From: an uncultured Chitinophagales bacterium
GTDB taxonomy: Bacteria > Bacteroidota > Bacteroidia > Chitinophagales > S012-47
Direction of reading: 5' to 3'
DNA length: 64,000 nt
Assembly: GCA_964413685.1 (NCBI GenBank)
Contig: CAYPSW010000005.1
Coordinates: 35,394 to 99,393 of the forward strand
Under the pieces are notes generated by a model. That model did not search any database. It was not told the origin of the DNA and worked only from the letters and a program-made list of their open reading frames with translations. The position numbers and the translations under genes were made by a program. Numbering within the stretch: position 1 is the stretch's first letter; every line of letters starts with the position of its first letter. This document shows positions 1 to 9,152 of this stretch, piece by piece.

Positions 1-2402
1 AGAATGAAGTTTCTGCCCGGGGCACTGATGCCCGATGCAAATGGCCGATAGTGTAAATCAAACAAATTTTCAGCATTAAACTGCACATTTATGGTCTGGT
101 TAATCTGAAATGAATTCCGCCAGTTGAGGGTAATCCATGCAGGAGTACCATCAGGGGTTGCTCTTAACAGATTGTCTGCTGATGAATTGGCATAATCTGC
201 AAGCTTTTTCCATCCATTGTACAAACAAAAAACTTCCGTTTTGAATTTCTTGCGCATATATTGCAGACTGATGATTCCATAAAGTGGTGGTATATGTGCC
301 ATCGGCTCAGCACTGCTCACATTATATCCTTTGGTATAATTGATATTGCCGCTAAAGCTTACATTCTTAGTAATGTCTGCTTCCATATTAATGGCCATTC
401 CATAGATATATGCCTTGTCGGCATTCACATTGGCCTGAATAGGATAAAAATCTCCGTCATACCAAATTGAATCAACTCCATTGAGCGTGAAGTCTTGTCT
501 CACAATAGCATCAGTCAGTAAAGTGTAAAAGAGACTTGAATTGATGGACAAAAAGCCATCAAATGACTTGCGAATGCCTATCTCTGCATTGTAAGCATAT
601 TCCGGTCTAAGATGGTTGTTCGGTACTATAACAATTCCGTTTTTTTCAAACACCTTTCCAAAATCATCAACATTTGGAGACTTAAATCCGGAGGAAAAAA
701 GCAGATTGAGTTTCCAGCTTTCGTTCGGATTCCAAACGGCATCAATACTTCCGGTTAAAGCTCCGTTACCTAAATAAACATCCGTGAATGGGAAGCTATA
801 AAAAGTGCTGTCCTGAAATACTGATTCGAGGTCGATATAGGAATAACGGGTACCACCCGAAACGACTAATTTCTCGCTGAAATAATGTTTGTATTTGAAG
901 AAAAGAGATGCTCCGTCCATTTCGCTTCCACCATCAGGGTAGCGGGTTGAAGCCGTCCCCATGGTTTTATCCAAAATATTTTTAGTATACGCCTTAGAGG
1001 CAACTATATTGCTATACACTTCACCACCGTAGATAAGCCGCCCCCGGTGGCTCATTTTTTTATTAAAATCGAAATTAGCCGAAAGTACTGAGACGTCTTC
1101 TTCCCGGTGGGTTTCAACAAGATTGTTGAATTTTCGGCTGATACGATCCTCGTTTAATCGTTGAAAGGAAAAGATAAAATTCGATTCGTCAAACCAGGGA
1201 TTTTTAGGTTTATAATTTACGGTGAATGAACTAATGAACCATTTCTGGGGGCCATAGTGCCAATCGGCATATTTTGCTAGATCGTTTTTTGTATCCGTTA
1301 GTTTATCGTAGCGGTCGATGTTGGAGGTGTTGGAGAAATACATATTGAGCCCAAAAGAGATTTTCTTATCCGGTTGAAATTTCAATCGCTCCATCAGGTT
1401 TATTTGCCTGTATCCGCTGAATCGCTGCACCCAATCTTTGGCATTTGTATAAACCGAATCGATGCCGCTTGTTTTCGCAGGACCAACAAACCAGCTTCGT
1501 TTGCCAAAATCGGGATACGATGAATTATGATGTTTTCCTGCTTTTAAATCGCCAAAATCAGCGTACGTAACCGATGTGAGTGCAGAGAAGCTAGACCCGG
1601 CTAAATTAAAATCAAAATGGGTTGATTTTTCGGCATTAGCTGTTCCGAAGCGGCTGAATGCATGAGCAGACATACGTGTTCCTGATTCTTGTTCACTGAG
1701 AAGCTTGGGCGATAAAGTAAAAAAATGCATCACACCACCCAGTGCATCGCTGCCATAGATGAGAGAACCAGGTCCGTAAACTACTTCTGTTTTCTCAAGC
1801 GATGCCGGATCTATGCTAATCACATTCTGTAAATGACCACTGCGAAATATGGCATTGTTCAAACGGATGCCATCTAATACCAGCAACACTTTATTAGCCT
1901 CAAAACCCCTAATAACCGGACTTCCGCCACCCCCCTGACTTTTCTGCACATACACATTGCCCGTAAAGGAAAGCATGTCGGCTGAAGTAGCCGGATTTTC
2001 AAAAGCTATTTCGCTTGCAGGTATAATGTCAATTTTATTAGACAAATTTTTAAGCGATTCGGGTATTTTTTCTGCACTTATCACCATTTCTTCCAGGTGT
2101 ATTCTTTTCTCAACCAGAAATACTTTAAAATTCAAACGCTGAAGCATAACAAAGGGAAGCCGTTCGGTATGGAAAGATGTGTGCCTGATGATTAAGGTAT
2201 CATCTTGTTTCAGCCCCATAATACTGACTTTCCCGTTCTCACGGGTCAAAGTATTTATTAGCCCGCTGCTGCTTTGAACCGTAGCATGTTCCACCGGCTG
2301 CAAAGTGCTTAGACTGTAAACACTGATTTCCTGAGCATGGCTTAATAGGGGACAAGAAAACAGAAAAGAAAGTAAGAAAATCTTCAACAGAAGTTTGTTC
2401 AT
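1..2402 (-). CDS. TonB-dependent outer-membrane receptor; 3' end runs just off the window start; absent from the ORF track
   Basis: Manual translation from ATG 2402: signal peptide MNKLLLKIFLLSFLFSCPLLSHAQ, plug motifs SQGGGGSPVIRGFEANKVLLVLDGIRLNN and EVVYGPGSLIYGSDALGG, and C-terminal LFDLHYRPFASGISAPGRNF still in frame at the window edge. Confidence 0.9.
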   Translation of the reverse strand, partial: MNKLLLKIFLLSFLFSCPLLSHAQEISVYSLSTLQPVEHATVQSSSGLINTLTRENGKVSIMGLKQDDTLIIRHTSFHTERLPFVMLQRLNFKVFLVEKRIHLEEMVISAEKIPESLKNLSNKIDIIPASEIAFENPATSADMLSFTGNVYVQKSQGGGGSPVIRGFEANKVLLVLDGIRLNNAIFRSGHLQNVISIDPASLEKTEVVYGPGSLIYGSDALGGVMHFFTLSPKLLSEQESGTRMSAHAFSRFGTANAEKSTHFDFNLAGSSFSALTSVTYADFGDLKAGKHHNSSYPDFGKRSWFVGPAKTSGIDSVYTNAKDWVQRFSGYRQINLMERLKFQPDKKISFGLNMYFSNTSNIDRYDKLTDTKNDLAKYADWHYGPQKWFISSFTVNYKPKNPWFDESNFIFSFQRLNEDRISRKFNNLVETHREEDVSVLSANFDFNKKMSHRGRLIYGGEVYSNIVASKAYTKNILDKTMGTASTRYPDGGSEMDGASLFFKYKHYFSEKLVVSGGTRYSYIDLESVFQDSTFYSFPFTDVYLGNGALTGSIDAVWNPNESWKLNLLFSSGFKSPNVDDFGKVFEKNGIVIVPNNHLRPEYAYNAEIGIRKSFDGFLSINSSLFYTLLTDAIVRQDFTLNGVDSIWYDGDFYPIQANVNADKAYIYGMAINMEADITKNVSFSGNINYTKGYNVSSAEPMAHIPPLYGIISLQYMRKKFKTEVFCLYNGWKKLADYANSSADNLLRATPDGTPAWITLNWRNSFQINQTINVQFNAENLFDLHYRPFASGISAPGRNFI

Positions 2403-2427
2403 TATCTACGAAATATAAGGACTCAAT

Positions 2428-3945
2428 TTATACAATATTCTGCTTCGATTTGGGCAGTAAAATCCGGATGGTGCTACCCTTCCCGGAGGCGGAACTCTTC
2501 ACAAATATTTTGCCAGAGTGGTATTCCATAATAATTCTTTTGGTAAGTGACAGCCCCAAACCCCAACCCCGTTGTTTTGTGCTGTAACCCGGACGGAAAA
2601 TAGTCTTATGTTTTGACTTACTGATTCCCTTACCCGTATCGCTGACATCAATATAAACCTGACTGTTTTTAGAACCGACACTGATGGCAATGCTACCTTT
2701 TTCCGACATGGCATCGAGACTGTTTTTAATCAGGTTTTCGAGTACCCATTTAAATAGTGGCGGGCTGATATCTGCCATTAATCGATCTCCGTCAGGCAGA
2801 CTTAAAGAAAGGCTGATATTATTTGATATCCTTTTGCTGAAATAATCCAGACTTTCTTTAACTTGCGTTACTACATTTTGAGCCACAAGACTGGGAGTGG
2901 AACCGATTTTAGAGAATCGGTCGGTGATCGTTTCCAAGCGCATCATATCCTTCTCCATTTCGCTTACCCATTCCTCATTCACTTTATGCTCTTTCATAAT
3001 TTCCATCCATCCGGCTAAAGATGAAATCGGAGTGCCCAGCTGATGGGCCGTTTCTTTGGCCATACCTACCCATACCTGGTTCTGCTCAATTCGTCTCGAT
3101 GTGCTGAAGGCATAGTAGGCTATCAACAGAAATAGCCCGATAATAGCAAATTGAATGATGGGATAATATCTGACTTGTTTCAGTAAATAAGAATTGCGGT
3201 AGAATGCATAATTCACATGCCCGTCACCCATATCAATAGCGATGGGATCATTTTCCGATTCCATCCCTGAAAGCATTTTTTGCAGATAACCTTCCTGATG
3301 GACTTTCGTGGAATCAAGATTACCCCAAGACAATACCTTTTTATCGCTGTCAGTATAAATCACCGGCACCGAGGCCGAATTCAACACAATTTCTGAGATA
3401 AATGAATTGATGAGCTCATCGAGTGTGGAACGCAGGTCGGTGAAGAGGCGTGAATCCCGGTAATAAATCTCATTTTTCCAGTCCTGACTTTCTACCTCAA
3501 TGGGTTCGTATCCGGTAAATTCATTTTTCAGATTTTCGCTTAGTGTATCGGCTCCGTTCAGCCAGCTATCATCCACATTTCTTGAAGCAATGATATGTCC
3601 GTTTTCATCAGCCAGAATAACCGGTACGGTTTCGTTATCCTGCACAACAGCAAAAGCAAAATAATCAATCTCTTCACTTTCAATTAATCTGCGTGTTGCG
3701 TTGGCCCAAAGGATTACTTTGTTTTTTTCTTCACGCCTTAATCTGTCAAATAATTGAGTCGTGATAAGCAAGAGGCGGGCTTTGTTTTGAGTGGCTTCTG
3801 CCCAGATGCGTACTTTTTGTTTCTCTTCTGATGCAATACGCTTGGCCAATAAACTGGTGTACCATAAAGAAGCGCCTACAATGATGGCCGCTACCAGCAT
3901 CAGCCATAATTTCCAGCGATATTTCCGTACGTAATTATCAGCCAT
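2428..3945 (-). CDS. Membrane sensor histidine kinase with no adjacent response regulator
   Basis: Two TM helices, H-box ETAHQLGTPISSL, N-box ENLIKNSLDAM, G1 DTGKG, G2 GWGLGLS. Start moved to ATG 3945 because a TAATTTTG -7 motif lies at 3961-3954. Confidence 0.92.
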   Translation of the reverse strand: MADNYVRKYRWKLWLMLVAAIIVGASLWYTSLLAKRIASEEKQKVRIWAEATQNKARLLLITTQLFDRLRREEKNKVILWANATRRLIESEEIDYFAFAVVQDNETVPVILADENGHIIASRNVDDSWLNGADTLSENLKNEFTGYEPIEVESQDWKNEIYYRDSRLFTDLRSTLDELINSFISEIVLNSASVPVIYTDSDKKVLSWGNLDSTKVHQEGYLQKMLSGMESENDPIAIDMGDGHVNYAFYRNSYLLKQVRYYPIIQFAIIGLFLLIAYYAFSTSRRIEQNQVWVGMAKETAHQLGTPISSLAGWMEIMKEHKVNEEWVSEMEKDMMRLETITDRFSKIGSTPSLVAQNVVTQVKESLDYFSKRISNNISLSLSLPDGDRLMADISPPLFKWVLENLIKNSLDAMSEKGSIAISVGSKNSQVYIDVSDTGKGISKSKHKTIFRPGYSTKQRGWGLGLSLTKRIIMEYHSGKIFVKSSASGKGSTIRILLPKSKQNIV

Positions 3946-3986
3946 GTTTGTTCCAAAATTAAACAATTGGACGCCTGCTATGCAGA

Positions 3987-6518
3987 CTACCAGTTTATGT
4001 ATTCCAGCGAATCGGTACCGGCATTATTATCCCAGTCAATACGTTCGCTTTCGGCATTGTATTGTTTGATTTTATTGCGAATATCGCTCGGGCCATAATA
4101 ATCACTATAGAGTCGCTCTTTCACCAGCTTTTTATTGGTTTCGATGCTGGGATCGATGGCATCACCTATCATGCTCACATAAAGATTGATTAATCCTTCT
4201 TGTATCTGTTCTGATTCATCCACACTTATTTTACCAAAATGGAATTTTCGTGCCAGCATATCAAGCATATTAATTTTGAAATAATAGGCAATTTGATTGT
4301 CGAAATGATGCTCTCCGCAAAGCAGCAGATTGAGGGCGGTAGAGCGCACGATCATGGCAGGAATAATAACCGTACTATTTTCAATTTTGATAGTGTTTTC
4401 AATCTCATTGAACTGAATATCTTTTAGTTCTTTGACCTTGACAAAAGAAGATAATTGTTCGAGGGTTTCGCAATCACGTAAACGGCCATCTTCCAGTTTC
4501 ACATCGGCAATGGCTCGTAATCTGTCTTGCAATAAATTGAGCGATTGGTCGAAATACAGGTCGATATCTAGGTTGGTTTTCAAATCACCACTCAGCATGT
4601 CATCGGTGAGGTAATCTTGCCCGAAATTGTGTAATTGGCTAAAAAGATCAGACACATCAACCTGATCGAAATCGCCATGAAAACGCCCGAGCAGAATGCT
4701 GTCGTTTTCAACCTTGAAAAGGCCGTCAATCTTTGACATGCCCCCAGCTATTTTCCCTGTGAGAGGATGAAAAGCAATAGTCCCCGGTTCAATTTCCAGA
4801 TTTGTTTTAATATTTTCGGCCCTGAAATCCTGATAACTCAAGTTTGCAATATCCAGTTTCACTGATCCACTGAAAAGATAGAAATCGGACAGATAATCAG
4901 CTGGTTCACCTTCTGTTGCTTCATCGGAAATTTCGGGAGCTCCGTAATAGGTCAGCAGTTCGTCAAATTCCAGTTCATCAGCCTTTACTTCGCCTGTCAG
5001 TACCATGGGGATTTTACCCGAAGGAGCAAAGAATTGTGCCATCCAGTGGTCGAGTGTGCCCGTCCATTCGAGGGCCGAAGCGTTTATTTCGGTTTGAATC
5101 TTTTCTCCTTTCAACAACGAACCCTCCAGGCTACTATGACCGGATAGTTTTTTAATTTTTTTGCCGGCATAAAATATATCTACATCATCGAAGTTGATAT
5201 TTCCACCGGCATCTGATAAAACGGCTTCCTGATTTTGTGCCCTACCCGGGCTAAGTGTAAAGCCGACATCATCAAACACAATTTGTCCATCCGCCTGATA
5301 TAATCCGGCTTCTGATAAAAATTCCTGTAGTGGATTCAGATTGATTATGCCATCAATATGTGCTTTTATCACCGGATCATCAAAATCCCGGATATCGGCC
5401 GTCAGGCTGATGGGTTCATCATCGAGCCTTGCCTCCATTTTATCAATGCTCAGCACGGAAGCTTTAGCGCTGTGCGTACTGCCATTGCTGAAGGTAGCAT
5501 CGAGCCTGACATCGGTAAATTCCTGATCGTAGGCATAATTGTAAATGGTGGCATCGCTTAGGTTCAGCAAGGCCGAAATGCGCGGTATTTGCCCCTTTCC
5601 GATCGGCCCTTTCAGCGTTGCCTGCAAATCGAGCTGCCCCTTGCTGTCCCAAGCGGCTATGTCCTGGTGGATAGATTCAGGCATCAGCGCCAAAACAGAG
5701 CGTACATTCAGATGACTGCCTGTTATGCTGAGGTTCATCAGATAATCAGTGCCTGTTTTGTCAATCGAGCCCGCAAAAACATAGGCCCCGTCCTGCGTTT
5801 CGAGCTGAAAGCCATCGGAGCTGAATTTGTGTTGTTCCAGGTCGGCCAGGATGTGACCATTCAAAGCAATTTTTTCGTCACCAAGATAGCCGCTATGGTT
5901 CAGCCTCAACTCCTTCGAATTTATTTTGATATCGGCATCAAGATCAAGTTTTTGAACCGAAAACAAGCCCGAAAAGGCAGCCTCATCAAGAGTCAGATCG
6001 GCCTGATCATCGGCCTGATGATCGGTATAACGAAGGTGCAGGGTTTTGATGTTGGCTTCGTGCAATTGAAAGGCTACTGCATTGGATGTGTTTTCTGCCG
6101 GCTTGGATGCTTTGAAGATTTCATAGTTGTTTTCACCTGTTGCATTAGTCAGTAGATTCACTTCACTGTCTTCGAGCAACACTTTATGGATGCTGAAATT
6201 CTTACGGATGAGTCTCAGCACATTCATAGTGAACGAAAGTTTTCCTGCTTTCATCAAGAGGAGGCTATTAGCGGGCAACGAGCCATCGAGTTCGAGACCC
6301 TCGAGGCTGATAACAGCATTCGGGAAATGCCGGAAGAGGGAAATATGGACAGCGCCTGAAATGCGGAATTCCGTGTTGATTTGCTTATTCACTTCCCGCT
6401 CAACCATGGCTTTGAGGTCATCGCCAAAAAAACGCGTGAGCAGCAGACCGCCTAGAAAAACGAGGAGGAAAAACGCTCCCAGGCCGATAGCAAAATATTT
6501 TAGTAGTTTTTTAATCAT
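3987..6518 (-). CDS. AsmA-family (AsmA-like C-terminal region) envelope protein
   Basis: 843 aa, N-terminal TM anchor, repeated beta-rich segments, C-terminal FNEIENTIKIENSTVIIPAMIVRSTALNLLLCGEHHFDNQIAY typical of Bacteroidota AsmA-like proteins. Confidence 0.8.
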   Translation of the reverse strand: MIKKLLKYFAIGLGAFFLLVFLGGLLLTRFFGDDLKAMVEREVNKQINTEFRISGAVHISLFRHFPNAVISLEGLELDGSLPANSLLLMKAGKLSFTMNVLRLIRKNFSIHKVLLEDSEVNLLTNATGENNYEIFKASKPAENTSNAVAFQLHEANIKTLHLRYTDHQADDQADLTLDEAAFSGLFSVQKLDLDADIKINSKELRLNHSGYLGDEKIALNGHILADLEQHKFSSDGFQLETQDGAYVFAGSIDKTGTDYLMNLSITGSHLNVRSVLALMPESIHQDIAAWDSKGQLDLQATLKGPIGKGQIPRISALLNLSDATIYNYAYDQEFTDVRLDATFSNGSTHSAKASVLSIDKMEARLDDEPISLTADIRDFDDPVIKAHIDGIINLNPLQEFLSEAGLYQADGQIVFDDVGFTLSPGRAQNQEAVLSDAGGNINFDDVDIFYAGKKIKKLSGHSSLEGSLLKGEKIQTEINASALEWTGTLDHWMAQFFAPSGKIPMVLTGEVKADELEFDELLTYYGAPEISDEATEGEPADYLSDFYLFSGSVKLDIANLSYQDFRAENIKTNLEIEPGTIAFHPLTGKIAGGMSKIDGLFKVENDSILLGRFHGDFDQVDVSDLFSQLHNFGQDYLTDDMLSGDLKTNLDIDLYFDQSLNLLQDRLRAIADVKLEDGRLRDCETLEQLSSFVKVKELKDIQFNEIENTIKIENSTVIIPAMIVRSTALNLLLCGEHHFDNQIAYYFKINMLDMLARKFHFGKISVDESEQIQEGLINLYVSMIGDAIDPSIETNKKLVKERLYSDYYGPSDIRNKIKQYNAESERIDWDNNAGTDSLEYINW

Positions 6519-6718
6519 CTCTTATTTACCTAGCCGCGTGGTAAAATTAGCATAAGCCATGCCCACAAATGCAGACCTCACTCACAAACATGATGTTGAA
6601 ACGTCTGATTGGGTGGAATATGATGCGAGTAGCTCAGACATTTTGTAATCATTATATATAGAGCCTGAATCAATGAAAAGATCATTATACCATGAATAAG
6701 TAGTGATTGTGTGAAATC

Positions 6719-6756
6719 AAAAAAGGGCTATGTCTTTTATTCTGACACAACCCCTT
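6719..6756 (-). terminator. Rho-independent terminator downstream of tRNA-Ala
   Basis: Minus strand AAGGGGTTGTGTC-loop-GACATAGCCCTTTTTT; stem includes G-U pairs, followed by a U-tract. Confidence 0.65.
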
Positions 6757-6767
6757 GTTTGTTGATG

Positions 6768-6841
6768 TGGAGCTAGTGGGAGTCGAACCCGCGACCTCTT
6801 GACTGCCAGTCAAGCACTCTAGCCAACTGAGCTATAGCCCC
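6768..6841 (-). tRNA. tRNA-Ala(GGC)
   Basis: GGGGCTATAGCTCAGTTGGCTAGAGTGCTTGACTGGCAGTCAAGAGGTCGCGGGTTCGACTCCCACTAGCTCCA; anticodon stem CTTGA/TCAAG with loop CTGGCAG; TTCGA T-loop; CCA not encoded. Confidence 0.97.
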
Positions 6842-6858
6842 ATTTCTAAAGAACAATG

Positions 6859-6866
6859 CAAATATA
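6859..6866 (-). promoter_or_regulatory. Bacteroidota sigma -7 element (TATATTTG) for tRNA-Ala
   Basis: Exact TAnnTTTG match 17 nt upstream of the tRNA 5' end. Confidence 0.7.
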
Positions 6867-6870
6867 GAAA

Positions 6871-7962
6871 TTAATCGACTTTTTCAAGCAGCTTTCTAAT
6901 GAAAGTGGCTGCCTTTTCAGCGGCTCCTTTTTCGCCCAAAACCTGGCGGAGTAGAACATATTTTTCGCTGAGAATAGCTTGCCGCTCTGTTTGTAAAACG
7001 GCTTCCAGTTCCGCTTGCATTTTTTCGGGATTCATGTCCTGCTGAATCAGTTCGGTCAGCAAGGCTTCGTTCAGAATGAGATTCACAAGAGAAATCCAGG
7101 GTGCTTTCACAAGTTGCTTCCCGATGAAATACGATATCGCATTACTTTTATAACAAACCACTTGAGGTACATTAAGCAGAGCCGCTTCAAGAGTTGCGGT
7201 ACCGGATGCTACTACGGCCGCTTTTGATTTTTGTAACAGTTCCCGGCTGGCATCAAACACAATATGCACCTTTGTAGAATTCAGCACTTTTTTGTAATAA
7301 TTTTCACCGAGATGGCTCATGCCTGCCACCACAAATTCTTCCTGAGGCATCCTCTTAACCAAAGCAGACATGAGTGGAAGATGCCGGCTGATTTCCTGTT
7401 TGCGGCTGCCGGGCAAGAGAGTAATTATGTTTCGTTCTTCCACTGCATTTTTCGTATCGAAAGCCGGATCATCGAGCAAAGGATGTCCGACAAATTGTGC
7501 ATCTATGTCAAATTTTTTATAGAAATCCACCTCGAAAGGCAGAATGACGAGCAGCAAATCGACATCTCGTTTTATGTTTTTCACCCTCGATTGGTGCCAT
7601 GCCCACAGTTGCGGAGCGATATACCAAACCACGCGCAAGCCTTTCTTATGCGCCCATTTAGCCAGGCGGAGATTAAAACCCGGATAATCAATCAGAATCA
7701 ATGTATCAGGTTGAAAGATGAGGATATCACTTTTGCATTGTCTGATGCCTCTAAAAATACTTCTCAGGTTTTTCAATACCTCCCAAAAACCCATGAAAGC
7801 CAGTTGGCTGTAATGCTGTAATAATTTCCCTCCGGCATCCTGCATTTTTTCACCACCCCAACAGGCAAAATCAGCCTGTGGGTCCTGCTTCCCGATGGCC
7901 TGCATCAAGCGTCCGGCATGCAAGTCGCCCGAAGCTTCTCCGGCTACGAGGAAATATTTCAT
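6871..7962 (-). CDS. lpxB: Lipid-A-disaccharide synthase
   Basis: AGEASGD, IDYPGFN, LLPGSR and SGTATLE motifs. Confidence 0.96.
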   Translation of the reverse strand: MKYFLVAGEASGDLHAGRLMQAIGKQDPQADFACWGGEKMQDAGGKLLQHYSQLAFMGFWEVLKNLRSIFRGIRQCKSDILIFQPDTLILIDYPGFNLRLAKWAHKKGLRVVWYIAPQLWAWHQSRVKNIKRDVDLLLVILPFEVDFYKKFDIDAQFVGHPLLDDPAFDTKNAVEERNIITLLPGSRKQEISRHLPLMSALVKRMPQEEFVVAGMSHLGENYYKKVLNSTKVHIVFDASRELLQKSKAAVVASGTATLEAALLNVPQVVCYKSNAISYFIGKQLVKAPWISLVNLILNEALLTELIQQDMNPEKMQAELEAVLQTERQAILSEKYVLLRQVLGEKGAAEKAATFIRKLLEKVD

Positions 7963-8285
7963 AAAATAAATTTAAACAGCACAAAGGGGATGATATAAAA
8001 CACTGTGGCCAGCAATACACCCCGGGCCGAGCGCAGCCAATTGAGTTTGATAAAAAGGAAAAACAAGGCAATGTTTAACAAACTACCTATGCTCAGTACC
8101 TGTACCAGCAAATGATGGGTATAGGCATTTTCTATAAAACTCGTCAAACTCATCGGGTGATCTACCCCCTGATAAGTCGATTCATTGAGATAATAAAGAT
8201 AGTAGAGGCTGCTTCCGATTATTGGTCCGAAAAAACCGGCCAATAAACCCAACCATCTTGAGTTTTTGAATTTAAAACTGCCCAT
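7959..8285 (-). CDS. Small integral membrane protein between surE and lpxB
   Basis: 108 aa with three hydrophobic segments; overlaps both neighbours (ATGA overlap with lpxB). Confidence 0.75.
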   Translation of the reverse strand: MGSFKFKNSRWLGLLAGFFGPIIGSSLYYLYYLNESTYQGVDHPMSLTSFIENAYTHHLLVQVLSIGSLLNIALFFLFIKLNWLRSARGVLLATVFYIIPFVLFKFIL

Positions 8286-9048
8286 TGAATTTCCATTTAT
8301 TGTTTAGAAAATTGATCGCCTCGTGAGCGGTAAAATCAAATTGTACAGGAACAATGGATACATAGCCATTAGATAAAGCCCACTCGTCACTGCTCCGGCC
8401 ATGATCATGATTTTCAAATTTCCCTGTAAGCCAGTAATATTTCCGTCCTCTCGGATCGGTTCTTTCGTCAAATTCTTCTTCCCATTTAGCCACTGCCTGA
8501 CGGCAGATTTTCACCCCTTTTATTTCATCCTGTTTAAGGGCAGGTATATTCACATTGAGCAAAACATCATCCGGAATGCCCTCCGTCAATATTTTTTCTG
8601 CTATCAGTCGGCTGAAATATCTGGCAGCACTCAAATCTGCACCAAATGAATAATCGAGCAGAGAAAAACCAGCAGCCGGAATACCTTCAATAGCAGCTTC
8701 CATGGCAGCCGACATCGTGCCGGAGTAAATGACATTGATAGAGGAATTTGATCCATGATTGATACCAGACACGCAAAGATCAGGTTTGCTGCCAATGATC
8801 TTATCGACAGCGAGTTTGACACAATCAACCGGTGTTCCGCTACATTGATAGGCTTCTACATCACCAAACTCATCCACGGACTCGAGCCGTAGCGGATCGC
8901 CAATGGTGATAGCATGTCCCATAGCCGACATCGGCCGGTCGGGGGCAACCACTACAACATTTCCGAGCGTTTTCATGGCATCAACAAGGGCATGAATGCC
9001 CGGGGCTGTGACTCCATCGTCATTGGTAATCAGAATGCTTGGTTTCAT
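8272..9048 (-). CDS. surE: 5'/3'-nucleotidase SurE
   Basis: ILITNDDG, SGTPVDCV and SGINHGSN motifs. Confidence 0.97.
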   Translation of the reverse strand: MKPSILITNDDGVTAPGIHALVDAMKTLGNVVVVAPDRPMSAMGHAITIGDPLRLESVDEFGDVEAYQCSGTPVDCVKLAVDKIIGSKPDLCVSGINHGSNSSINVIYSGTMSAAMEAAIEGIPAAGFSLLDYSFGADLSAARYFSRLIAEKILTEGIPDDVLLNVNIPALKQDEIKGVKICRQAVAKWEEEFDERTDPRGRKYYWLTGKFENHDHGRSSDEWALSNGYVSIVPVQFDFTAHEAINFLNNKWKFNGQF

Positions 9049-9070
9049 GCAAGGTGTATTTGATAAAAGG

Positions 9071-9133
9071 CAAATTTAAAATTATTCAGGTGATTTGATT
9101 TTGTTGCAGGCTGTATGAAATTCTCTACTTTTG
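9071..9133. promoter_or_regulatory. Divergent -7 elements: TAAATTTG (minus, 9078-9071, surE) and TACTTTTG (plus, 9126-9133, acetoacetate-CoA ligase)
   Basis: Exact TAnnTTTG matches, 22 and 19 nt from the respective ATGs. Confidence 0.6.
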
Positions 9134-9152
9134 ATTTGAAAATTTTCATCTC

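Noticed and set aside
261-2142. Short plus-strand ORFs 261-470 and 1957-2142
   Set aside because: They are antisense shadows of the TonB receptor gene, which is missing from the ORF track
4239-6555. Plus-strand ORFs opposite the AsmA gene (up to 188 aa), and similar ORFs opposite lpxB, the acetoacetate ligase, xerD, def and other genes
   Set aside because: They are fully nested antisense to well-supported genes and have no protein motifs
6559-6648. 29-codon ORF MPTNADLTHK... between the AsmA gene and tRNA-Ala
   Set aside because: No promoter match or motif; indistinguishable from a chance ORF
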